From contig JAJCZG010000022.1 in assembly GCA_029262475.1 (NCBI GenBank), positions 1-55,438 on the forward strand: DNA of 55,438 bases. The letters run 5' to 3'. Both the position numbers and the translations under genes were made by a program. Source of the DNA: Deltaproteobacteria bacterium (GTDB lineage Bacteria; Desulfobacterota; GWC2-55-46; JAJCZF01). Positions 10,427 to 18,919 of this stretch are shown in pieces. Position 1 is the stretch's first letter; the number at the start of each line of letters is the position of its first letter. Under the pieces are notes generated by a model that saw only the letters and a program-made list of their open reading frames with translations, was not told the DNA's origin and did not search any database.

Positions 10427-11304
10427 TAAAAGTTCTTTCAATTATTTTTCCGGTCTTTTTCACCATCGCACTCGGCTTCATCTTCGCACGCTTTAAGAAG
10501 ATCGACCTTAGTCCGGTAATAGATATTCTCCTCTATCTTGCCATACCGGCGCTTGTAATATCCTCACTCTCACAGAAGAAATTCCTCGTTTCAGAGCTCG
10601 CTATAGTAGCGATATCAGTAACTGTCGTAGTCCTTTCATGCGGTCTATTAAGCTACTTATACCTTCGTAGTACCGGGAGGGGTGGAGTTAAGGGCTTTTA
10701 CCTTCCGGCGATGTTCATGAACTCGGGGAATATGGCCTTCCCCCTCGCCCTCCTGGCATTCGGGAGCGAGGGACTAAGCATTGCCGTACTATATTACATC
10801 GCCGTCGGCATCCTCGTCTCCACCATCGGTGTCGCTATAGCCAATGGAAGAAGCGGCTTTAAGGAGATACTAAGGCTTCCTCTCATATACGCCGCAGCCT
10901 TTAGCCTGGGCCTGAATTTCATGGATATCGAGCTCCCGGGGCCTCTACTTGAGACGACTACCATGCTCGGGGCGGCTACCATACCGCTCATGCAGCTAAG
11001 CCTCGGATACAGGCTCTACTCCACCAAACTCACAAACATCGGCCCGTCGTTTGCAGCATCCGTCATCCGTATCGGCGGCGGCTTTATCGTAGCCTACGTC
11101 CTTGTGACGATGCTCGGGATAGAGGGATTAAATAAGAAGATAATAATACTCTCGTCCAGCATGCCTGCTGCGGTGATAACCTTTGTAATAAGCCATAAAT
11201 ACAAGGCCGATAGCGACCTCGTGGCTTCGGCAATAGCCATGAGCACTATTATAAGTATCATTACTACACCTCTCCTGCTCCTATGGCTCATGAATGATCT
11301 ATAG
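10417..11304 (+). CDS. AEC (auxin efflux carrier)-family transporter
   Basis: About 10 TM helices, P..V.SSL, NSGNMAFPL, SMPAAV, C-terminal STIISIITTP. Confidence 0.9.
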   Translation: MALLKVLSIIFPVFFTIALGFIFARFKKIDLSPVIDILLYLAIPALVISSLSQKKFLVSELAIVAISVTVVVLSCGLLSYLYLRSTGRGGVKGFYLPAMFMNSGNMAFPLALLAFGSEGLSIAVLYYIAVGILVSTIGVAIANGRSGFKEILRLPLIYAAAFSLGLNFMDIELPGPLLETTTMLGAATIPLMQLSLGYRLYSTKLTNIGPSFAASVIRIGGGFIVAYVLVTMLGIEGLNKKIIILSSSMPAAVITFVISHKYKADSDLVASAIAMSTIISIITTPLLLLWLMNDL

Positions 11305-11356
11305 ACGTCCACGACTAAAAACTCTCACCTCAAGAATCATGAATAAGAGCCATTCC

Positions 11357-11385
11357 TTGACGGTAATCGTCCATTATGCTATCTT
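11357..11385 (+). promoter_or_regulatory. Putative sigma70 promoter
   Basis: TTGACG-N17-TATCTT with extended -10 TG; ~200 nt upstream of the CDS at 11592. Confidence 0.5.
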
Positions 11386-11591
11386 CAACACAGATGGCAA
11401 TTGCTTCATCATATGACATACGCAACCCTTCACCCTGAAGCTTAGCCTGATTTTCTAGCAACCGGCGCACTTGAGATTCATCATCCTTTGACATACACCA
11501 GCGCACGAAAAAACATTCATCAGTAAATATTCCCGGTTAATCAAGACATTTCGGTACGGATTAACCGTTACTACCAATGGATAACTGATCT

Positions 11592-12761
11592 TTGTCTAAA
11601 CGACGACTACTGCTGGCAATCTTACTAACCGTACTCTCTCTCGCATGCACTACCCCGGAGGCACACTCCGGGGAGGGTTATTCATGGGAGTTCGAGGATA
11701 ACGGTGAGGACTATCCATGGAAGGTATTTAATAACGCCGCCTCACGGGACTTCTCCGGAGGGAACCTCAATCTTCACGGCGGCGACTCACCGCATATCGC
11801 TCAATTCTCCATCCCCCCGGTCCCCTCCTCATCGACTATACTAATTAAGATAAAGAGCGAAGAGAGCTTTACCCTGGACCTTATTACCCGCAAGGCCTCG
11901 GAGAAACTAAGCTATCTTAAGTCGTATTCCCATAAAGGTTCCGAAGAGTTTCAAGAGTACCGCTTCTATCTAAATGAAATCATAGAAGAAGGCCGGGTGA
12001 GCGCCATAGGGATAAGGTTCAACGTAAGTAACGCGGAAATATCAATCGCCTCCATAAAACTTTACGAGACGACCTTTACCGAAGATCTTATCTCCTTCTG
12101 GAATCTCTTATGGAGCCCCTTCGAGCGGTATATGAGCACCATAAACCGCATCGAAAGCCCGCGTGCCAAGCCCCTGCCCTTCATAGCCATTATAGGCATC
12201 ATCACGTTGCTCATCTTCTCGGCCTCCATGCTCGTAGCACTTGTACGGGGAGGAAAAGGCCGGAATACGAGACGGACGCTCTTAAACTCCGTAGCCGTCT
12301 CGTTTATTACCGGCGGCCTCATCTTCTCAGTACGCATGGACTATAACTGGCTCTACCTCTTAAAGGACGATCTCACAACACTCGCCGGGAGACCCGTTGA
12401 GGAGCGTATATCAAAGATCTATAGAGAAGGTTTTGACGACTTTTTTGGTTTTCTTGATCTAATTAGAGAGACACTCCCCGAAGGCGAAGCCACGCGCCCG
12501 GCGGAGAAGGGGTTTATGAACTTTTACGCACAGCTCGGAAGGTACTACCTACTCCCCATAAAGAGCTCCGGGGGAGCGCGGTATCTATGGACATATAACG
12601 ACAAGGGCGTTAAGTACGACCGCTTGGCGATGACCCTTACGAAGAACGGAGGGGTGATAGCCTCTCCCGTGATACTCGTAGCCGGGGAGAGCGCAAAAAA
12701 GGGCGTATTCCTGATTCTTGGAGATAAGGACGCCGCAGACGCCGTCAGGGAGGATGAATAG
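11592..12761 (+). CDS. Hypothetical membrane protein: signal peptide, beta-rich extracytoplasmic domain, two TM helices
   Basis: 389-aa ORF; hydrophobic N-terminus (LSLAC, possible lipobox), two internal hydrophobic segments; abuts the next gene. Confidence 0.7.
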   Translation: MSKRRLLLAILLTVLSLACTTPEAHSGEGYSWEFEDNGEDYPWKVFNNAASRDFSGGNLNLHGGDSPHIAQFSIPPVPSSSTILIKIKSEESFTLDLITRKASEKLSYLKSYSHKGSEEFQEYRFYLNEIIEEGRVSAIGIRFNVSNAEISIASIKLYETTFTEDLISFWNLLWSPFERYMSTINRIESPRAKPLPFIAIIGIITLLIFSASMLVALVRGGKGRNTRRTLLNSVAVSFITGGLIFSVRMDYNWLYLLKDDLTTLAGRPVEERISKIYREGFDDFFGFLDLIRETLPEGEATRPAEKGFMNFYAQLGRYYLLPIKSSGGARYLWTYNDKGVKYDRLAMTLTKNGGVIASPVILVAGESAKKGVFLILGDKDAADAVREDE

Positions 12762-14189
12762 ATGATCATATTCGTCCCGTTTATCATAACAACGCTATCG
12801 GGCTACCTCCTCGCCTCCATCTTCATGAGGGAGATTGAGGGGGTGGGGCCGATGGAGAGGTTATTTGCGGGCTACGGTCTTGGTCTCGGGGTACTTACAT
12901 TTCAGATGGTGATAATGGGCGCGCTCGGGGCGAGCTTCACGCTTGAGACGGTAACTTCGGTTAACCTCTTGATCTCAGCCGTTACGCTCTATATCCTTAG
13001 CAGGGGTGGGAGTCTTAAGCTTTCACTCCTCGGAGCGCCCACTACCCGCTACCTGTATAAGGTGGTAAAACCCTTCGGAGTTAGAGACGTCTTTCTCTGG
13101 GCGCTCGCCGCATGGATAGTATTCAGGTGTCTCTTCGTATTCTTCGACAGTATCTCAACACCGCTCTATTCGGTCGATGCCTGGAGCAACTGGTCTGCCG
13201 GGGCCAAACTCTTCTTCTTTGAGGGGGGGCTCCTCGGCCCGGCCGACGAGCATTACCTCGGTGAGGGATACAGGCGTTTTCTCGGGCACCCGCTTCACAC
13301 CCCCCTTTCTCAAGTATGGCTCGCGTTGTGGCTCGGTGAATTTCACGAGGTATACGTAAAGCTCTGGAACGTATTCTATTACTACTCTGTGCTAGGGATA
13401 TTCTACCTTGCGATAAGACGCGAGGCCGGGGCCGGTTACGCGCTTATAATGACCTTCTTCCTCTCAAGTGCGCCGCTCTTCACCTATCACGGCGCCGACG
13501 CCTTAGCCGAGCTGCCGCTAAGCTATTATAACCTCGTCTCAATCGTCTTTCTCTTCATCTATATGAAGAGCGGCAACTTTAAAAGCCTCATCCTCTCGGG
13601 GCTCTTAATGGGCATGGGGCTATCCACGAAGAACGAAGCAATCTTATTTATCGGGGCGTCGCTTCTCTCTCTACTCATCTTTACTATCAGTGAGAAGCGG
13701 CCACTATTAAAGAGCGCTGCCGCCTATCTGATTCCTCTCGTTACCGTCTCGGCTCCGTGGCTAATCCTTAAGACGATAAACGGTATCGGCGTCGGACACA
13801 GCGGTGAGAAGTCGGGTATAGAGTGGTTTAACGCGCCCTTCGGCCCGGCGTCGGTGGACGACACCTATCTGGAGCTCATCGGCCAGATACTCTACCAGCT
13901 ATTCCTCTCGCCGAACTTTAGCCTCCTCTTCCCCTTCTGGGTTGTCGTGACGATCATAGGGGCTAAGCTCATAATAAAGACCGAGCTCAAATACCTCTAC
14001 GTAATCGTCTGCTCGGTCATATCGGGCTATATATTCATCTATCTCACCCTGGAGGTCACCGCCGTAACCGACGTAAGCGGAATACACCGAAATATCCTCA
14101 CCTACATGCCTATCCTCTTTTATACGTCGTCGGTCGTGCTCGCGTGGTTATATAGGGAGGGACGAAATGAAAATTCTTCATGCCGCTGA
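12762..14189 (+). CDS. Polytopic membrane protein, probable GT-C (ArnT/PMT, GT39-like) glycosyltransferase
   Basis: Many TM helices; loop DAWSNWSAGAK, HPLHTPL, AELPL and TKNEA motifs resembling GT-C proteins. Confidence 0.65.
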   Translation: MIIFVPFIITTLSGYLLASIFMREIEGVGPMERLFAGYGLGLGVLTFQMVIMGALGASFTLETVTSVNLLISAVTLYILSRGGSLKLSLLGAPTTRYLYKVVKPFGVRDVFLWALAAWIVFRCLFVFFDSISTPLYSVDAWSNWSAGAKLFFFEGGLLGPADEHYLGEGYRRFLGHPLHTPLSQVWLALWLGEFHEVYVKLWNVFYYYSVLGIFYLAIRREAGAGYALIMTFFLSSAPLFTYHGADALAELPLSYYNLVSIVFLFIYMKSGNFKSLILSGLLMGMGLSTKNEAILFIGASLLSLLIFTISEKRPLLKSAAAYLIPLVTVSAPWLILKTINGIGVGHSGEKSGIEWFNAPFGPASVDDTYLELIGQILYQLFLSPNFSLLFPFWVVVTIIGAKLIIKTELKYLYVIVCSVISGYIFIYLTLEVTAVTDVSGIHRNILTYMPILFYTSSVVLAWLYREGRNENSSCR

Positions 14190-14311
14190 GGAGAAGATAA
14201 TTAAAAACCCCCTCCCCACTTGCCAATTGGCGCGTAAGGAGGGGGGAGGATAGGATTTTTACTAAAAACCCGCTATCAAGCAGGTCTAATTAAAAACCTT
14301 CGAGGAAGTAC

Positions 14312-14878
14312 TTAATTATTCTCTTCATCGCCGGTGACAGCGTTGTCGTCAGCATCGTCTTCGCCGTCTTTATCTTTATTCTTCCATTTCTTCTTGTTCT
14401 TTTTCTTGTGATCTTTCTTCTTCATATTGCGTCTTTCATCACGCATCGACTTTACGCCCTTGCTGAACTTCTGGAACTGCTCGGGGGTGAGTATCTCTTT
14501 GACGGCTAGCACGCTGTCTATCCTGTGGTCGATCATCTGCCCCTGGATATCCTTCAGGTCACCGGCGAGCGCGTTTATAGCTGACCTGTTCGTAGACTCC
14601 TTTTCGAGTTCGTCTGCGAGTTCCTTCTGCTTCTCGGCAAAGCCCTTAAAGAGCTTCTTACCGTTTACAATCTGTGCCTCTCTATTGGCCTCAAGTTTTT
14701 GCTGCTGGTCTTCGGTCAGGTCAAGCTCCTCCATCATGCGTTCCATATGCTGACCTCCTCCACCGCCAAAGCCCCTTACACCGGCCATGCCGCCACCCGG
14801 GCCCCTGGCAAAGGCCTGCGTCTCAAAGAGGAGCGCCGTAACCCCAAGCATTACAAATAAAACAAAAAATCTCTTCAT
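14312..14878 (-). CDS. Spy/CpxP/ZraP-like periplasmic helical protein
   Basis: Signal peptide ending AFA, Gly/Met-rich segment, two LTxxQ motifs (LTEDQQQ, LTPEQF), AGGAGG RBS. Confidence 0.85.
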   Translation of the reverse strand: MKRFFVLFVMLGVTALLFETQAFARGPGGGMAGVRGFGGGGGQHMERMMEELDLTEDQQQKLEANREAQIVNGKKLFKGFAEKQKELADELEKESTNRSAINALAGDLKDIQGQMIDHRIDSVLAVKEILTPEQFQKFSKGVKSMRDERRNMKKKDHKKKNKKKWKNKDKDGEDDADDNAVTGDEENN

Positions 14879-14897
14879 CGTCTTACCTCCTTTTAGT

Positions 14898-15431
14898 TTA
14901 CAAGAAATACTCTTCTATACTGGTTCCAAGCTTCACAAACTGAAGGCCGTTAGCAGTCTCGTCATCGCTACCAAGAGAGGAGAGAAACTCCACATCGTCA
15001 GCAAGGAATGCGTAACTCGCAGCCCCTCCATTCTCCATCGGTGAAAACACATAAACGCCTGTAAGTATCGCGGCTACGGCTACGGCCGCAAGCGCGGGGC
15101 GGGGGATAATAAAGCCGCTCAGTAGCCTTGAAAAGAAACCCGGCCTCTCTCTAACGCGGCTAACTTCGCTAACAGGCAGGGGGGATAAATCTTCCCTTAC
15201 GGCTCCGGACGAGAGAAGTTCGGCTTTAATGCCAAGCCACACGTCGTCGGGCGGCGAGATGTCGGAGAGCTCTCTAAAGGGTTCCAGGACGTGCTCCCTC
15301 ACCTCTTCACTAAAGGTAGCGCAAGCAGGGCAAGCCAGCAGGTGGGCATGAACTTCCCTTGAGGTCAAAGCCCCGGCCTCGCCGTCACTGAAGTCAGCGA
15401 CTATAAGCTCTCTTATCTCACAACATTCCAT
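14898..15431 (-). CDS. zf-HC2 transmembrane anti-sigma factor
   Basis: HLLACPAC zinc motif, single TM helix; ATG 15431 overlaps the sigma stop codon (TGATG). Confidence 0.85.
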   Translation of the reverse strand: MECCEIRELIVADFSDGEAGALTSREVHAHLLACPACATFSEEVREHVLEPFRELSDISPPDDVWLGIKAELLSSGAVREDLSPLPVSEVSRVRERPGFFSRLLSGFIIPRPALAAVAVAAILTGVYVFSPMENGGAASYAFLADDVEFLSSLGSDDETANGLQFVKLGTSIEEYFL

Positions 15432-15997
15432 CAGGCGCACCTCTCAACTCTACCGTGTTTCATAAGCGCCAGCCTCGCCCTTACGAGCCTCGTTCTGACG
15501 GTATTGATATTTATTCCCAGTGTATCGGATATCTCCCTGTAGCTTAAACCCTGAAGTTCCCTTAAGACGATACATTCCCGATGCTCCGGGCTTAGAAGAG
15601 CCAGCAAGGCTATGAGCTTTTCTTCATTCTCGATCTTTAGGACCTTCTTCTCGGCGCACTCTACGTCGGGGGAGTTCAGGTCGAGGAGAGCCTCGAAATC
15701 GTCGTTTACTCCCGGAGTACCCGGCTCGGTGGAGTGCTTCCTTAACCTTCCGAGCGCAGTATTTACAGCGACCCTGTAGAGCCACGACTTAAAGGACGAG
15801 CGATACTCAAAGTTACCGAGAGACTTAAATACCTTAATAAAGACCTCCTGAGTAACCTCAAGTGCCTCTTCCCTCTCCGAGGTAATGGCAAGGGTAAGCG
15901 AATATACAAACCCGGAATAAGCCCTGTATATCTCCTCAAAGGCACCCTCTTCGCCGGCTAACGCCAGCTCTATTATTTCTCTACTTATCTCTTTCAT
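15431..15997 (-). CDS. ECF sigma-70 factor (RpoE-like)
   Basis: Region 2 (QEVFIKVF...FKSWLYRVAVN) and region 4 (GLSYREIS...TVRTRLVRAR). Confidence 0.93.
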   Translation of the reverse strand: MKEISREIIELALAGEEGAFEEIYRAYSGFVYSLTLAITSEREEALEVTQEVFIKVFKSLGNFEYRSSFKSWLYRVAVNTALGRLRKHSTEPGTPGVNDDFEALLDLNSPDVECAEKKVLKIENEEKLIALLALLSPEHRECIVLRELQGLSYREISDTLGININTVRTRLVRARLALMKHGRVERCA

Positions 15998-16013
15998 ACG
16001 CCCCTTATATACC

Positions 16014-16041
16014 TAGACTCTTCAAAGGTAATAAAAGTTCC
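16014..16041 (-). promoter_or_regulatory. RpoE/AlgU-type ECF promoter, probably autoregulatory
   Basis: Minus strand GGAACTT-N16-GTCTA, 17 bp upstream of the sigma ATG. Confidence 0.7.
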
Positions 16042-16251
16042 GTCATATATGAATTATCTTTCATTTTATCCATTTTATCATGTATAAGAGCGAATTATAA
16101 GTGCTGGCCAAATGGCTAAAAACTCTTTATATAGGGTAGCAATCTACGGGCCGGAGAAGCAAGGCTCATGAATGAGCGGCCTTTCTCACGACTGGAGTGG
16201 GCCTTAAAGAAGAATACTCAATGTAATTGTGACACTTTCAAGCCGAGTCTA

Positions 16252-16353
16252 TAAAAAAAGAGGGTCGAAAGTTCACCACACCTTCGACCCTCTTCTAATT
16301 GAAATTCCGTCTCCCGGAGCAGGGTGGGAGAAAGAAAGTTCGTTGTCTTTGTT
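16252..16353 (-). ncRNA. Putative ~100-nt small RNA, copy 1
   Basis: Upstream TTGATT-N16-(TG)nTATATT promoter (16360-16387), internal UCUCCC/GGGAGA hairpin, 3' terminator hairpin plus U7; no ORF. Confidence 0.6.
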
Positions 16354-16508
16354 GAATATAATATAACACCCATTTATTAAAAATCAATAGACGGGAAGAT
16401 TAAGAGATTTTAAGGATCAAATCGGTCTTCTTTAGGCGGCTTCTATTGTTGATCCCCAAAGGCACCCTACTGGAGCCCCTGCAACGCCGGTGCGGATAGC
16501 AACGTGTA

Positions 16509-16610
16509 TAAAAAAAGAGGGTCGAAAGTTCACCACACCTTCGACCCTCTTTTAATTGTATTCCTGTCTCCCGGAGCAGGGTGGGAGAAGGAAAGTTCGT
16601 TGTCTTTGTT
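16509..16610 (-). ncRNA. Putative ~100-nt small RNA, copy 2
   Basis: Same promoter, hairpin and terminator architecture as copy 1. Confidence 0.6.
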
Positions 16611-16771
16611 GAATATAATATAACACTACTTTATTAAAAATCAATACACGGGAAGATTAAGAGATTTTAAGGTATAATATGTTGAGAGGTCGGTGATATA
16701 CGGATATTCCCTGTCTATATCCAGGGAAATATTTTCAGGCATGGATTGGAGCGGAGTTCAAAGGAAAGTCT

Positions 16772-16848
16772 TGGTGACGGTGGGTGGACTCGAACCACCG
16801 ACTCGGGGCTTATGAGACCCCTGCTCTGACCACCTGAGCTACACCGCC
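16772..16848 (-). tRNA. tRNA-Met (CAT), probably elongator
   Basis: GGCGGTGTAGCTCAGGTGGTCAGAGCAGGGGTCTCATAAGCCCCGAGTCGGTGGTTCGAGTCCACCCACCGTCACCA: 77-nt cloverleaf, CAT anticodon, paired G1-C72, encoded CCA. Confidence 0.95.
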
Positions 16849-16867
16849 GTATAAAGAAGCAAAAGAG

Positions 16868-16896
16868 ATTATATGATATTTTCTACGGCGTTTCAA
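16868..16896 (-). promoter_or_regulatory. Sigma70 promoter of tRNA-Met
   Basis: TTGAAA-N17-TATAAT, ~20 bp upstream of the tRNA. Confidence 0.75.
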
Positions 16897-17035
16897 CCGT
16901 GATTATCGCCTTAAGGCAATCTATTTGCTTTCCGGCTAAGATTCGCATGAGCTTGCCCCTTACGGAGCTATTGAAAGTTCAAAGAAAAGCGCGGCTGAGC
17001 AGTAGTAAGGCGGCTCCAAGAGGTAAAAGACCGCC

Positions 17036-18715
17036 CTACAGGCCGTGCGTCAGGAGGTAACTCGTCTCCTTACTTCCCTTCAAAAAAAGCCCTGTCCCCT
17101 CCACAACGAGAAGGGTAATTTCATTCTTGCCGTCTCCGTCGAGGTCTGTGAGGGTAAAGTCGGCTATATAACCGCTGATATCTTTAGTACGCCACTCCTC
17201 TTCCAGATTTGCTACGCCCCATGAGAGGGCAGAGGCAAAGCCGTCCTTAAAGCGGGTCTTTCTCCTGGCGTACTTGCCAAACCCTTCGGTATTGTTCTTC
17301 TTTAAGAGAATTTCGCTCTTCCCGTCGCCATCAAGATCCGCTTGTATGAAGTCTCCCCGGACCGTTACGAATATCAAGGTATCGCCATCGGAGGTATTCT
17401 CCGGCGTATCGAAGGTGTTGAGCGTCCCGCCAAAGCTCTCAGGACTAGTCCAGTATATCGACCACTCGCCCTTTTCGTCAGCCCTGTAGACTTGAAGAGA
17501 CCCGCGCTCGCCGATCCTCACAAGCTCTCTCTCCCCCTCGCCCGTCAGGTCAAAGAAATGATAGCCGAAGAGCCCTTCGCGGATTATTTCCCTGGGGAGC
17601 GTTATCTTACCGGCGTCCACGTAGCCACCGGGGCCCTTTGTAATCCTTATTACCTTACTGAGGTAGCCCCTGGCGGGCCTGAAACCCTGAGCAATCAAGG
17701 CGGTCTCACCGTTACCGAAATCCACCGCCCTCGCAAAGCGGCCCTTGAAGACAGAGTGGTCGGCCCTTTTATATTCGCCGTCCGAATACTCTATCAGATA
17801 CGTCTCGGCCACTCCCGAAGTGAGAGAGGAGACGTAAACCTCCGGGGTTCCGTCCCCGTCTATATCAGCTGAAGAGATGTATATATTGATGCTGCCCGGG
17901 GTATTATTATCCAAGCTCATCTTCGCTGTAAGCCCCTTCGGGCCGAAGTCGGCAATCAGGAGCTTGCTCCTGCTCATGAGAAAGAACTCTTCGGTTCCGT
18001 CACCGTCAAGATCGGCGGTACTCATAGCATGGTAGAAGTCGTCCTGGTTAGCGCTCCTCCAGGTGGAGACTTTATCTTCGGGATTCGTCTTCCTGGTTAC
18101 AACTATAAAGCCTTCTCCATCACCGGCTCCAGGAGCCGCAGTTACACCTGTCTTCTGAGCGCTCTCTTCCTTAAAGATACCGGTATAGGTAATATCGACT
18201 GGTTCTTTAGTCGAGAAGGTCTTCTTTATCTCGGAGACGGCCCCTTTGGAGACCGAGTCGGCCATAGCAATGACAGATGAAATGTCATTACCGCTCGCAT
18301 ATAACGGCTTGGAGAGCTTGCTCTTCACATTTAAGAGTTTAGCGTCGAGGCTTACGCTTTCGCCAAGGACCGTCACGCTCCCGAAGAGTACGAAATCTAC
18401 ACCAAGCGCCACTGCGGCCTTTAACGCCTCCTCTTCTGTAACCGTACCCGATGTAAGTGGAGAAAGCGCCTCTTTGACCTTATCCGACCTCTCTAGCAAA
18501 ATGGTTGGCTCTGAGCCTAGGCGAGACGAGAGCATATCGGTTAGGGCAGGGCCTATATAGCTGTGCTCGTCAGCGGCGTTTACGCTCCATTCCAGCACAG
18601 CTACGCGCGCTCCAGCGCCGTCCACGCTAACAGCAGGAAGTGCTACGGAGAGTATAATCAGAAGAGATGCAATTATTATAAACGTCTTCTTCACTGTATA
18701 AACCGGTCCCGTCAA
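17036..18715 (-). CDS. Exported FG-GAP/VCBS-repeat protein with N-terminal TolB-N/CsgG-like domain
   Basis: Signal peptide; DFVLFGSVT...SLDAKLL; several DLDGDGxxE-type repeats. Confidence 0.8.
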   Translation of the reverse strand: MTGPVYTVKKTFIIIASLLIILSVALPAVSVDGAGARVAVLEWSVNAADEHSYIGPALTDMLSSRLGSEPTILLERSDKVKEALSPLTSGTVTEEEALKAAVALGVDFVLFGSVTVLGESVSLDAKLLNVKSKLSKPLYASGNDISSVIAMADSVSKGAVSEIKKTFSTKEPVDITYTGIFKEESAQKTGVTAAPGAGDGEGFIVVTRKTNPEDKVSTWRSANQDDFYHAMSTADLDGDGTEEFFLMSRSKLLIADFGPKGLTAKMSLDNNTPGSINIYISSADIDGDGTPEVYVSSLTSGVAETYLIEYSDGEYKRADHSVFKGRFARAVDFGNGETALIAQGFRPARGYLSKVIRITKGPGGYVDAGKITLPREIIREGLFGYHFFDLTGEGERELVRIGERGSLQVYRADEKGEWSIYWTSPESFGGTLNTFDTPENTSDGDTLIFVTVRGDFIQADLDGDGKSEILLKKNNTEGFGKYARRKTRFKDGFASALSWGVANLEEEWRTKDISGYIADFTLTDLDGDGKNEITLLVVEGTGLFLKGSKETSYLLTHGL

Positions 18716-18919
18716 AAGATTATATTAATAAAAGAGCAATATAACTTTAAAACACAACAGGCTTATGATAGTCAAGATTTATTTCCCCGGAGAGCGATAT
18801 AAGATGGTGTCGAGGGTGTGGTTTTTACCCCCTCTCCTGTGATATGCTTGTAGTTGTTAAGCACCCTAACCTAAACCGCATGGCGCTCTCCTCCTCGCGC
18901 AGAACGGGACATTAACCTT

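Larger units (their letters stand above)
16250..16672. repeat. Two near-identical 166-bp direct repeats (16250-16415, 16507-16672)
   Basis: Colinear copies offset by 257 bp with few substitutions and a unique 91-bp spacer. Confidence 0.97.

Noticed and set aside
16250-16672. 166-bp repeats as a mini-CRISPR, att sites or IS ends next to the tRNA
   Set aside because: Too long for CRISPR repeats, no similarity to the tRNA 3' end, no integrase or transposase, and direct rather than inverted orientation.
16772-16848. Initiator tRNA-fMet or tRNA-Ile2
   Set aside because: Position 1-72 is paired and the anticodon stem ends in a U-G pair rather than three G-C pairs, so it is not the initiator. The GGCGGTG acceptor resembles elongator Met, although Ile2 is not fully excluded.
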